Assembly (NCBI RefSeq): GCF_003012345.1
Contig: NZ_PVRV01000021.1
Location: 141,394 to 173,393 of the forward strand
Source: Phytohalomonas tamaricis
Lineage (GTDB): Bacteria > Pseudomonadota > Gammaproteobacteria > Pseudomonadales > Halomonadaceae
Reading direction: 5' to 3'
Length of the DNA stretch: 32,000 nucleotides
Part shown: positions 9,615-17,762 of the stretch, piece by piece
Position numbering within the stretch: position 1 is the stretch's first letter
Layout of the letters: every line of letters starts with the position of its first letter
Position numbers and translations under genes: made by a program
The notes under the pieces: model-generated
Databases searched by the model: none
What the model was told of the DNA's origin: nothing
Seen by the model: only the letters and a program-made list of their open reading frames with translations

Positions 9615-10217
9615 TCAGGAAGCCGCGGTGGACTCGCTGGCCTCCAGTTCTCGAGCGATAAATCGGCCAGCGGCCTGTGCGACTTCCATGAGGCGTTTGG
9701 ACGACATGCCGTTGCAAGCCGAGGCCGACAGCCCGCGCAAGGTGACTGCAATATAGTCGGCCAGTGCCTGGGCATCCTGCGGGTGAACCTCGTCGAGGTA
9801 AGCACGAATGGCCTGGATCCCGCCATGGGCAAGATTCTCGGCCATCTGGCGTGCGGCCTGATCATTCGCTCGCATGCCCTCTGTAATCATGCAGCCACGC
9901 AATATGCTGTCTCGACCGTATTGTTTGGCAGCTGCGAGTAGCAATGCCGAAATCGCTTCGGCGGGAGGTCGGTCAGGCGCCAGAAGTTCGTCCAGCGGTA
10001 GCGAATTTTCGTGTGCATAACGCAGCATCGCCCGCTCGAACAACGCTGCCTTGCTGCCGTAGGCGGCATAGAAACTTGGGGGGTTGATGTCCATGGCTGC
10101 GGTCAGATCAGCAAGACTGACCGCATCATAGCCACGTTCATGAAAAAGCGCCTGAGCTATAGCGACACCCGCTTCTCGATCAAAGGCAGAACGGCGTTGT
10201 CGAGTCTTTTCGTTCAT
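9615..10217 (-). CDS. TetR/AcrR-family transcriptional regulator
   Basis: HTH region GVAIAQALFHERGYDAVSLADLTAAMDINPPSFYAAYGSKAALF. I prefer the ATG at 10217 (MNEKTRQ, GAGG SD upstream) over the ORF-track start at 10325. Confidence 0.85.
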   Translation of the reverse strand: MNEKTRQRRSAFDREAGVAIAQALFHERGYDAVSLADLTAAMDINPPSFYAAYGSKAALFERAMLRYAHENSLPLDELLAPDRPPAEAISALLLAAAKQYGRDSILRGCMITEGMRANDQAARQMAENLAHGGIQAIRAYLDEVHPQDAQALADYIAVTLRGLSASACNGMSSKRLMEVAQAAGRFIARELEASESTAAS

Positions 10218-10244
10218 GGAGACCTCGCTAGGTAAGAAACTCAG

Positions 10245-10352
10245 TGTAGCGACCGCTACATCCAGGATCAAACGTATGGTCAGATAGCGATTTATATAGT
10301 GGTCACTAAATAAACTGCGTGACACGCACCGGCTATGTAGTGTTCACTACAT
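10245..10352. promoter_or_regulatory. Three related palindromes in the TetR/SDR divergent intergenic region (candidate TetR operators)
   Basis: TGTAGCGACCGCTACA (10245-10260), TAGTGGTCACTA (10297-10308) and ATGTAGTGTTCACTACAT (10335-10352). They share the core TAG(C/T)G-N2-C(G/A)CTA. Confidence 0.5.
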
Positions 10353-10393
10353 ATGCATTTCTCATCTACATTCCTTCGCTCAGGTATATCTCC

Positions 10394-11134
10394 ATGCAAT
10401 TCAAAGACAAGGTTGTGCTGGTTACCGGTGGGTCATCAGGTTTGGGGCTCGCGATTGCGCAGGAGTTCGCCGAGCAGGGCGCTCGAGTGGTCATTACCGG
10501 GCGCCGGCAGGAGCAGTTGAATGAAGTCGTAACCAGCCTGGGCGATGATGCGGTCGCCATTGCAGCCGATGTTTCGAACGCCTCCGATTTGGCAGGTCTC
10601 TTTAGCCGTATCGAGTCGCTCCATGGCCGTATCGATATCCTGGTCGCCAATGCCGGGATGGGAGAAATCACGCCGCTGGGTACGATCACCGAAGCGACCT
10701 TCGATCGAGTTTTCAATACCAACGTAAAAGGGGTGACGTTTACCGTCCAAGGCGCGCTGCCCCTTATGCCCAAAGGGTCCAGCATTGTCATCATCGGTTC
10801 CACTGCCTCGATGAATCCCGGCCCTGGCTTGAGCGTCTATGGCGCGACCAAGGCTGCCCTGCGAGCCATGGTCAGAAGCTGGATTCTGGACATCAAGGGT
10901 TCCGGCATCCGGATCAATCTCCTCAGTCCCGGCCCTGTCGATACGCAATCTCTGCGAAGCATGCTGGCCGATGACGCGGAGCAGATCATTCAAACGTTCA
11001 GCGAAAAAAGCACGCTGGGACGGATAGGCGAGGCGCACGAAATCGGCAAAGCCGTGGCGTTCCTAGCGAGTGATGCCTCGAGCTATATCAACGGCGTCGA
11101 GTTGTTCGCCGATGGTGGGGCGTCTCAGGTGTGA
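10394..11134 (+). CDS. Short-chain dehydrogenase/reductase (SDR)
   Basis: The ATG at 10394 gives MQFKDKVVLVTGGSSGLG, with NAG and YGATKAAL motifs. The ORF-track start at 10319 is probably too far upstream. Confidence 0.85.
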   Translation: MQFKDKVVLVTGGSSGLGLAIAQEFAEQGARVVITGRRQEQLNEVVTSLGDDAVAIAADVSNASDLAGLFSRIESLHGRIDILVANAGMGEITPLGTITEATFDRVFNTNVKGVTFTVQGALPLMPKGSSIVIIGSTASMNPGPGLSVYGATKAALRAMVRSWILDIKGSGIRINLLSPGPVDTQSLRSMLADDAEQIIQTFSEKSTLGRIGEAHEIGKAVAFLASDASSYINGVELFADGGASQV

Positions 11135-11186
11135 TCAGCTTTCGAGACGTTTATCCATACCACTGGAACCACAGCGTACAACAACC

Positions 11187-11588
11187 ATGACCATTCTCGA
11201 CCACATCGAATTTGCCGTGCGCGACGCCGAAGTATCGCGGCGCTTTTACGAACTTGCCCTCGCGCCTCTGGATATCGTCCGGGTCATCACCGTCGGGCCC
11301 GAGCGTACCCGCACAGGGGGCTCGCGCCACGGTTTCGGCAAGGATGGCTATCCGAGTCTCTGGATTCATGACAACGAGCCCCCAGGAGCCGGCACACATA
11401 TTGCCTTCGCAACTCGGGATCGCGCCATCGTCGATGCTTTCTACCAGGCCGCACTGAAGGCTGGCGGAGTCGACAACGGACCGCCCGGCGTCCGAACACA
11501 CTACCACAAGCATTACTATGCGGCGTACGTATTGGACCCCGACGGCATCAATGTGGAAGCGGTATGCCAGGACTCTACTATCCCATGA
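11187..11588 (+). CDS. VOC/glyoxalase-family protein
   Basis: The ATG at 11187 gives MTILDHIEFAVRDAEVSRRFYELALAPL ... YYAAYVLDPDGINVEAV. It is a paralogue of 8203-8604. Confidence 0.8.
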   Translation: MTILDHIEFAVRDAEVSRRFYELALAPLDIVRVITVGPERTRTGGSRHGFGKDGYPSLWIHDNEPPGAGTHIAFATRDRAIVDAFYQAALKAGGVDNGPPGVRTHYHKHYYAAYVLDPDGINVEAVCQDSTIP

Positions 11589-11943
11589 CGGTAGGAGAGC
11601 TTCGATGATCGAATGAAAGAGCGCTTTTTCATTCGTGCCGAATTTCGTCCCGAGAAAAATGATTTCAGTGTTGAGGCCTCTCAGGAGACCTTCACCGCGC
11701 GCCGCTGAATACGATATGCGTAGCCCTACCGGCTCCGGAGTCACGGCGCGAATGGTGGATACCCTTTCCCTGGGTACTCAAGACGCTGTACGCGTTCAGG
11801 TCTCGGGCAAGGCCTTCTACTCTGGCCGTGCCACTTTCATCTTCGATGAAGGTGATGAATTGGGACAAGGTTTCTTATGCCGCTAGGGCTGCCTTTCCCT
11901 AAATGCTACAGCCGTGTTTTCGCACGGCTGCACCTGCGAGAAG

Positions 11944-12150
11944 ATGACCGCATGGATGGTCGATTCCACCTCGATACAGGCGCACGCGCTACTATTGAGG
12001 GTGAAAAGAGCAGCGAAAAGCTGCTTGGCAGTGGCTTGAGGAGGTAGTGGCCCAGTTGGAGCCAGTCAAAGAGGCTTTGGCGGTTAGCATGGGCGGCTTT
12101 AAGTCTGCGGAATATGGGGGCATTCGGCTGACCCGGTCGGTAAAGAAGGA
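11944..12150 (+). mobile_element. Degenerate IS5-family-like transposase remnant
   Basis: Short frames read MVDSTSIQAHA.. and ..EALAVSMGGFKSAEY.., reminiscent of the DSTS(I/V)RAH ... EALGRSRGGFSTKIH block of IS5-family DDE transposases. The reading frame is broken by stops and frameshifts, and no inverted repeats were identified. Confidence 0.35.
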
Positions 12151-12294
12151 TGCCGTATGGCCCTAACAGGGCAAGGCATGCCAAAAGATATACTCGATCC
12201 TGACGCGCGGCGCATGGTTAGGTGAGAACGTTGATAATCTTGGCAATATTATCTATCCCACACCGCCGCATAACGGGTATTTCTGACCAAACTC

Positions 12295-12325
12295 AACGCT
12301 GGTCTTGGCCAGCGTTTTTTCTTTC
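12295..12325 (+). terminator. Rho-independent terminator with no intact upstream gene
   Basis: Stem AACGCTGGTC / GGCCAGCGTT (one G-U pair) with loop TT, followed by TTTTTTCTTTCT. Confidence 0.55.
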
Positions 12326-12389
12326 TGCTCACAGTTATTGATATTCCCAATATTTGGCTCAGCGCTCTAAAACATGGTCATAAAGCATT

Positions 12390-12690
12390 CTACGTAGGCG
12401 CTGGTAATGGTACCGGATTGGTTGTGGTAGATAAGCCCCAGGAATCAGGGGGCGATTTAGGAGTATGTAGATATTCAGCAGTATAAGGCTGTACTGACCA
12501 ATAGAGTCTAAACCGTCCCTGTTACTTTCGCTTTTCATCTGGAAGAAGAACAGCTCTCGGGCGTTGGTCTTCTGAACACTCCCGGGTCGTAACGAACAAC
12601 CCGAGATGCGCTCGGCGCGCCGCGAGGGGATGCGAAAGCGGTCGTAGACGCTCCATGGTCAGCATAGTCCTCCGGTAACGATGCTGAGGG
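12390..12690 (-). pseudogene. cas6f: cas6f (csy4) 3'-fragment relic, 5'-truncated, with two 1-nt deletions
   Basis: It aligns base-for-base with 17094-17400, the 3' half of the intact cas6f. The frame-corrected translation is WSVYDRFRIPSRRAERI...FFFQMKSESN..GRFRLYWSVQPYTAE...LSTTTNPVPLPAPT*. Several differences are synonymous (e.g. NPVPLP is encoded differently). Single-base deletions lie opposite 17363-17371 and 17214-17222 of the intact copy. Confidence 0.8.
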
Positions 12691-12828
12691 CAAGAGGCCC
12701 AGACGTACTGTTAAGCAGTTAATTTTTGAAGGCTGTTATCCACTCAGCTGACCTGCCCAGAGTAGTTTTCCCTGCTGTCGAGTTGTCCGATAGCGATTAA
12801 TCCACCCTTCAAGCCGAGAGGCGTCCGG

Positions 12829-12834
12829 TATAAT
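12829..12834 (+). promoter_or_regulatory. Consensus -10 hexamer TATAAT upstream of polB
   Basis: A perfect TATAAT lies 29 nt upstream of the GTG start. The -35 element is weak (TTCAAG at 12808-12813, 15-nt spacing). Confidence 0.3.
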
Positions 12835-12862
12835 CAGTGACTACATCCATGCGGACATATCG

Positions 12863-15208
12863 GTGAATACACAACAGGGCTTCGTGCTCACCCGGCATTG
12901 GCGGGATACTGCGGCAGGTACGGAGGTAGAGTTCTGGCTCGCTACGGACACGGGGCCCGTTCAGGTATCCTTGCCCTATCAATCATCTGTTGCTTTTATC
13001 CCGGCAGAGCAGTGCGATCAGGCGGCGGCACTTATCAGGCGTGAGACTGATGCAGAGCTGCGTATCCTTGCTCTATGCGACTTCAGGCACCGTCCGGTAC
13101 TTGGCTTATACTGCTCGACCTATCGCCAGCTCACCGGGCTAGTCGACCGGCTCAAGGGCGCTGGGGTCGATGTCTACGAGGCGGATATCCGCCCCCACGA
13201 GCGCTATCTGATGGAGCGCTTTATCACTGCGCCAGTCTTGTTCAGTGGGGAGCCAGATCACAGTGGTAGGTTTCGCCATGCCCTGCTTAAACCAGACCCC
13301 GATTACCGGCCGCAGCTGAGACTGGCCTCGCTGGACATCGAAACCAGTGAGCGTGGAGAGCTCTACTGCATCGGCATCGAAGGCTGTGGCGTTCGTCAGG
13401 TCTATATGCTGGGGCCTGCCAATGGCAGTAGTGAGACTCCGGAATTTGATCTGGAATACTGCGATAGCCACGCCGCTTTACTTGAGCGGCTCAATGAGTG
13501 GTTTGCCCGATATGATCCGGACGCCATTATTGGCTGGAACGTTATTAACTTTGATCTACGTGTGCTTCAGGAGCATGCCAACAAATTAAAGATTCCGCTG
13601 CGTCTGGGGCGTGAAGGAGGCGAGATCGAGTGGCGTGACGGGCGCTTTGCCTCTGCCCCAGGCAGGCTATTGATCGATGGCGTCGAAGCACTGCGCTCGG
13701 CCTTCTGGAGCTTTCCTTCATTCAGCTTGGAGAATGTCGCTCAGACCCTCCTGGGAGAAGGCAAGGAGATCGATAACCCCTATTCGCGCATGGCATCCAT
13801 CAACCGCATGTTTGCTCAGGACAAGCCAGCGCTGGCGCAGTACAACATCAAGGATTGTACGCTGGTCCTACGTATCTTTGAGAAGACGGATATTCTGGCG
13901 TTTCTGCTGGAGCGCGCCAGTGTCACAGGGCTGCCCGCTGACCGGCATGCAGGCTCTATTGCCGCATTTAACCACCTTTATCTGCCGCTCATGCATCGGC
14001 AGGGTTTTGTGGCGCCCAATGTTGGGGAAAAACCGTCCGAGTCGAGTCCTGGCGGTTTCGTAATGGATTCTAAACCGGGCCTCTACGAGTCGGTGGTGGT
14101 GCTCGACTATAAGAGCTTGTACCCCTCGATCATTCGCACCTTTCTGATTGACCCCGTGGGACTGGTTGAAGGCCTGCGCCAGCCAGACGATGCTTCTTCT
14201 GTACCAGGCTTTCGTGGTGCCCGCTTCTCACGTACCCGTCACTGCTTGCCGGCAATGGTCGAGCGCGTATGGAACGGACGGGAAGCCGCCAAGCGCGAGG
14301 GTAACAAGCCGCTTTCTCAAGCCCTGAAAATCATCATGAATGCTTTCTACGGCGTGTTGGGCGCAAACGGCTGCCGGTTCTTTGATCCACGTCTGGCTTC
14401 TTCAATTACGATGCGTGGCCACGAGATCATGCACCAAACCCGAGAGTTGATCGAAGCACAAGGATATAAGGTTATCTACGGAGATACGGATTCCACCTTT
14501 GTCTGGCTGGGAAAGGCTCATGCTGAAGCAGAGGCGGCACAGATTGGCCACTCTCTGGTGGAAATGATCAATCGGTGGTGGCGCACTACCTTGGCCCGGG
14601 AACTGGGCCTTATCAGTGCGCTTGAGCTGCAATTCGAGTCGCACTTTTGCCGGTTCCTGATGCCCACCATCCGCGGAGCCGAGGAGGGGAGCAAGAAGCG
14701 CTACGCCGGCCTGATCTGTAAGCAGGACGGTACAGAAGAAATGATGTTCAAGGGACTTGAAACGGTACGCACCGATTGGTCGCCGCTGGCGCAGCGGTTC
14801 CAGCGCGAGCTATACCTGCGCATCTTCAAGGGCGAGCCCTATGAAGCCTACGTGCAAGAATATGTGCAGCGGACATTGGCAGGCGAACTGGATGAGTTGC
14901 TGATTTTTCGTAAGAAACTGCGCCGACGACTGAATGACTACCAGCGCAATGTTCCCCCGCACGTACGCGCCGCCCGCATTGCCGACGCCTACAATGAACA
15001 GCTGGGTCGGCCTCGGCAGTACCAGCGCGGTGGTTCAATCCAATACGTAATGACAGTAGCGGGCCCTGAGCCGCTTGAGGTCAGGACTGCACCGCTCGAC
15101 TACGACCATTACATCACAAGGCAGCTGGCACCGATCGCAGACGCCATCCTACCGTTTGTGGGAGACCGCTTTGCTAGACTCATCGATGCTCAGCTGGATC
15201 TCTTTTAA
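12863..15208 (+). CDS. polB: DNA polymerase II (family B, E. coli PolB type)
   Basis: 781 aa. The N-terminus [29 protein letters not shown] parallels E. coli Pol[31 protein letters not shown]. Exo motifs (DIET, NVINFDL) and polymerase motifs ([14 protein letters not shown]) are present. The start is GTG. Confidence 0.95.
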   Translation: MNTQQGFVLTRHWRDTAAGTEVEFWLATDTGPVQVSLPYQSSVAFIPAEQCDQAAALIRRETDAELRILALCDFRHRPVLGLYCSTYRQLTGLVDRLKGAGVDVYEADIRPHERYLMERFITAPVLFSGEPDHSGRFRHALLKPDPDYRPQLRLASLDIETSERGELYCIGIEGCGVRQVYMLGPANGSSETPEFDLEYCDSHAALLERLNEWFARYDPDAIIGWNVINFDLRVLQEHANKLKIPLRLGREGGEIEWRDGRFASAPGRLLIDGVEALRSAFWSFPSFSLENVAQTLLGEGKEIDNPYSRMASINRMFAQDKPALAQYNIKDCTLVLRIFEKTDILAFLLERASVTGLPADRHAGSIAAFNHLYLPLMHRQGFVAPNVGEKPSESSPGGFVMDSKPGLYESVVVLDYKSLYPSIIRTFLIDPVGLVEGLRQPDDASSVPGFRGARFSRTRHCLPAMVERVWNGREAAKREGNKPLSQALKIIMNAFYGVLGANGCRFFDPRLASSITMRGHEIMHQTRELIEAQGYKVIYGDTDSTFVWLGKAHAEAEAAQIGHSLVEMINRWWRTTLARELGLISALELQFESHFCRFLMPTIRGAEEGSKKRYAGLICKQDGTEEMMFKGLETVRTDWSPLAQRFQRELYLRIFKGEPYEAYVQEYVQRTLAGELDELLIFRKKLRRRLNDYQRNVPPHVRAARIADAYNEQLGRPRQYQRGGSIQYVMTVAGPEPLEVRTAPLDYDHYITRQLAPIADAILPFVGDRFARLIDAQLDLF

Positions 15209-15468
15209 TAGGTATTACATTATTCTGTAGGCCTAGATTCTAACCATAATAAGGTGATGTATACCTATTGCAGAGTCGATACCTGCTTTGTATCCATGCT
15301 TTGCTCTTACTATCAGCGATCCCACTGTGTAACACGATGGCATATTGCACTGAAAAGAGGCGCAGTTTGATGGTTTTAGCGCCGGCAAGATGGCATTGGA
15401 ATTATAGTTATTGAGTATCAAATGAGGTTAATACGCAGTTGAAGTGTCCCTTTCGAACCTACGAATAA

Positions 15469-16242
15469 TTAATCCTTATATATACAATTAGGTGGTAATA
15501 TTTCCGGCTTGGTGGGTGAGGAAATCCAATTAGCTATAAACCAATCGTGGTGAAGATTGCCATTCTTATCGAAGATATCCCTTCCTTGAGATAAATCTAT
15601 GCTATAGGTTATTAACTCCCTTTTTATTCCTGTAAATAAAACCGCATTAATAGCAGCACCAGCGCCATAGTTTTTTTCGAAAAATTCATTTACGTTATCT
15701 ACAAAGTAATTTTCAGCGATTGTGATTGGGCTGTCAGGGGGAAGTACATGTATGTCATCAAGTACCCGGCCATTTAGCCATTCTGCTATACCATCGAGTG
15801 CTATCCCTTGAGACAATGTCACCCAAACAGCCTCTCCTGGTTTCACAATGATAGGCGTATTTGAGTTTGGTTCAGAACTTAAAGTGCATCTACCAAAAGT
15901 ACCTGCTCTGCCTATATGTGCTTTTAAACTATTAATTATATTCATCTCAGCTGAGGTTAGTATTATATTTGATTCATTGAAATTTCTGACTAAGATTTGA
16001 AGGAACACTTCATTTCTCTCGGCCGGAATTGTTGATGTCGGCAGGAAAGGCTTAAGGCGTGCCTCAATCAATACCAAATCATCCCCGTTGTCTTTAGTGA
16101 TATCTGATATAGAAGTAATTATGCCAAGTCCATTATTAGCAAGTCCTACCAAGCCAACAATAAATGCGACTAATACGGTAAATGCTTTATTGGACCGAAT
16201 AAATTTATACATAGTACGAATTGTTAGTTTTAGTTTTCTCAA
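15469..16242 (-). CDS. Hypothetical membrane-anchored protein (AT-rich orphan gene)
   Basis: 257 aa from a TTG at 16242 (AGGGA SD-like 8 nt upstream); the first ATG is at 16212. It has one N-terminal TM helix (FTVLVAFIVGLVGLANNGLGII) and a ~200-aa soluble domain with no motif I recognise. Its composition is strongly AT-rich compared with all neighbours. Confidence 0.6.
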   Translation of the reverse strand: MRKLKLTIRTMYKFIRSNKAFTVLVAFIVGLVGLANNGLGIITSISDITKDNGDDLVLIEARLKPFLPTSTIPAERNEVFLQILVRNFNESNIILTSAEMNIINSLKAHIGRAGTFGRCTLSSEPNSNTPIIVKPGEAVWVTLSQGIALDGIAEWLNGRVLDDIHVLPPDSPITIAENYFVDNVNEFFEKNYGAGAAINAVLFTGIKRELITYSIDLSQGRDIFDKNGNLHHDWFIANWISSPTKPEILPPNCIYKD

Positions 16243-16504
16243 TGAGTCAATCCCTTATTAATTCCATAAAAATTGTATCCTGAGTAGTCGTATCTTGACG
16301 CTCAAAATTACATTTGTAATTTCCAAATAGCCGGTATCCTGTGGCCTGCGGCGCTTTAGTCCCCGAAATAAAAAGGCTCTGATTTTTGGCCCAGACCTTA
16401 TCGTAACTTGGACGTTCCCAAGGCAAGTGCCGTTAGGACGTAGTGACCAGCTATCTGGTGAGGCTGAAAGACCGGTAGAAGATCGAAATTCTCTGGATGA
16501 ATAT

Positions 16505-16952
16505 GTGGAATCCATATCGGGCGGCGGTGAACAGGGGCGCAACTGGGTGGTGCTGACTCACCCTTTTCTAAGCCGCCTGCTCGGCGGAGAACGAACAACT
16601 TACTGAACAGCAGATGGTTCAAAATTTCTAAGCCGCCTACATGGCGGTGAACTGTCGTTCTCCACGCTTCAAGCTTACGTTATTTTTCTAAGCTGCCTAG
16701 ACGGCGTTGAACCACTTCTCCGCCTTACGCGTTGGATGACGCTGTTTCTAAGCCGCCTACACGGCGGTGAACCAAACATAACAGGCAAAGGTAAACGCCT
16801 GCACTTTCTAAGCCGCCTATACGGCGGTGAACGGTTCAGGCTCTACGGGTGGCACGATCGGTGATTTCTAAGCCGCCTACACGGCGGTGAACGAGAAATG
16901 GAATTCTGAATTCATGCCGCTACTTTTCTAAGCCGCCTACACGGCGGTGAAC
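16505..16952 (-). CRISPR. Type I-F CRISPR array, 8 repeats and 7 spacers
   Basis: 28-bp repeats start at 16505, 16565, 16625, 16685, 16745, 16805, 16865 and 16925 (exact 60-bp period), separated by 32-bp unique spacers. The minus-strand consensus GTTCACCGCCGTGTAGGCGGCTTAGAAA belongs to the I-F repeat family and has the CCGCC-GTGTA-GGCGG Cas6f hairpin. Repeats 16745, 16865 and 16925 are identical. Repeats 16805 and 16625 have 1 mismatch each, and 16685 and 16565 have 3 each. Repeat 16505 keeps only the GTTCACCGCCG end. Degeneration away from cas6f fits a leader on the cas6f side. Confidence 0.95.
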
Positions 16953-17093
16953 TAGGGAAGCCCTGAGGGCTTCCCTAAAAATATTAATTGGTTACGTTGT
17001 AAAAGAACAAAAGACCCTTTTTTCAAGCGTGAGGCCAAGTGATTGATTTTACAGGCTTGGCCAATATCTCCGAAAAAAGGGTCATCAGAAATC
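16953..17093 (-). promoter_or_regulatory. AT-rich CRISPR leader containing a perfect hairpin abutting repeat 1
   Basis: A 141-nt AT-rich region lies between the cas6f stop and the first repeat. TAGGGAAGCCC-TGA-GGGCTTCCCTA (16953-16977) is a perfect 11-bp stem directly adjacent to the repeat. A possible weak promoter on the minus strand is TTGTTC-N18-TAATAT (~16984-17013). Confidence 0.55.
17001..17083 (-). terminator. Terminator-like nested hairpin just downstream of cas6f
   Basis: Outer 12-bp inverted repeat GACCCTTTTTTC (17013-17024) / GAAAAAAGGGTC (17072-17083). Inner inverted repeat GGCCAAG (17033-17039) / CTTGGCC (17056-17062). On the minus strand the structure is followed by TTTTGTTCTTTT (17012-17001). 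Confidence 0.4.
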
Positions 17094-17651
17094 CTACTTG
17101 AGATCTGGTAACGGCACCGGATTGGTTGTGGTAGATAAGTCCAAGGAATCAGGGTGAGACTCATGAGTAGATGGATTTTCAGCAGTATAAGGCTGCACCG
17201 ACCAATAAAGCCTGAACCGTCCCCCGTTACTTTCGCTTTTCATCTGGAAGAAGGGGAGTACTCGGGCGTTGGCTTCCTGGACTCGCTTGAGTCGTACTGA
17301 ACGCCCCGGGATGCGCTCGGCACGCCGCGAGGGGATGCGGAAGCGTTCGTAAACGCTCCATGAGCCGGCATAGTCCTCCGGTACTGAGCGTGGATATTGG
17401 ATCATACCCTGCTCAACCAGCGTTGTTGCCTCTCTGATGCTCTCGATGAGTGTATCTAGCTCGTCCCGGCTTGAGGCAAACACCCGCAGCACCGAATGGG
17501 CTAACCGGTCATGGCTGGGCATGGCCAGCGCGTAGCGCCCGGGAGCCTTGCGAAAGACACCGTGCATGACGCGTACAATAGCCGAAGCCGCCGTAGGCCG
17601 AGGCAGTGGAGCGGGGCGTACGTCGATATCGCAATACCATCTGGGCTGCAT
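17094..17651 (-). CDS. cas6f: Cas6f/Csy4 CRISPR endoribonuclease
   Basis: 185 aa, directly upstream of a type I-F array in the same orientation. Csy4-like features include an N-terminal Y.DI.VRP, a His in VMHGVF at the position of the catalytic His, an Arg-rich helix RFRIPSRRAERIPGRS, FRLYW, and a C-terminal LS...PVP. Confidence 0.85.
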   Translation of the reverse strand: MQPRWYCDIDVRPAPLPRPTAASAIVRVMHGVFRKAPGRYALAMPSHDRLAHSVLRVFASSRDELDTLIESIREATTLVEQGMIQYPRSVPEDYAGSWSVYERFRIPSRRAERIPGRSVRLKRVQEANARVLPFFQMKSESNGGRFRLYWSVQPYTAENPSTHESHPDSLDLSTTTNPVPLPDLK

Positions 17652-17654
17652 GGT

Positions 17655-17762
17655 TTACTCCTTGGAGCTTGTATAGACCCCGCCACGCAGCAGCGCGGCA
17701 ATCATGAACATACCGTCGGCACTGTTCGGGTCGAGCTCATCCAGCTGCAGGACTGGCGAGTG
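17655..17762 (-). pseudogene. cas7f: cas7f (csy3) 3'-terminal remnant (last 36 codons)
   Basis: The frame ending at the TAA (17655-17657), 3 nt before the cas6f ATG, reads HSPVLQLDELDPNSADGMFMIAALLRGGVYTSSKE*. The ..(I/M)A.L(I/L)RGGV(F/Y).. tail is as I recall for the Csy3 C-terminus. An in-frame TAG at 17763-17765 and loss of similarity upstream mark the truncation. Confidence 0.55.

Noticed and set aside
11635-11886. The 83-aa ORF at 11635-11886(+) downstream of the second VOC gene.
   Set aside because: It has no motif and an odd composition, and it lies in an interval otherwise full of broken frames. It is not supported as a gene.
12202-12229. A candidate degenerate CRISPR repeat (…GGTGAGAAC) ~160 nt downstream of the cas6f relic, where an array would be expected.
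   Set aside because: Only 11 of 28 positions match the repeat consensus, which is indistinguishable from chance.
12700-12765. A possible SOS (LexA) box upstream of polB: TACTGTTAAGCAGTTA and CTGTTATCCACTCAG.
   Set aside because: The spacing is wrong for CTG-N10-CAG. The first has N5 and the second has N9. Neither is a canonical gammaproteobacterial LexA box.
16258-16622. ORFs 16258-16542(-) and 16398-16622(-).
   Set aside because: They run through the CRISPR repeats, spacers and trailer, so they are artefacts of the array.
12390-17651. Casposon-like idea: a family B polymerase next to CRISPR-Cas remnants.
   Set aside because: The polymerase is a full-length E. coli Pol II orthologue by N-terminal and motif similarity, not a protein-primed casposon PolB. 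No cas1 and no terminal inverted repeats were seen.
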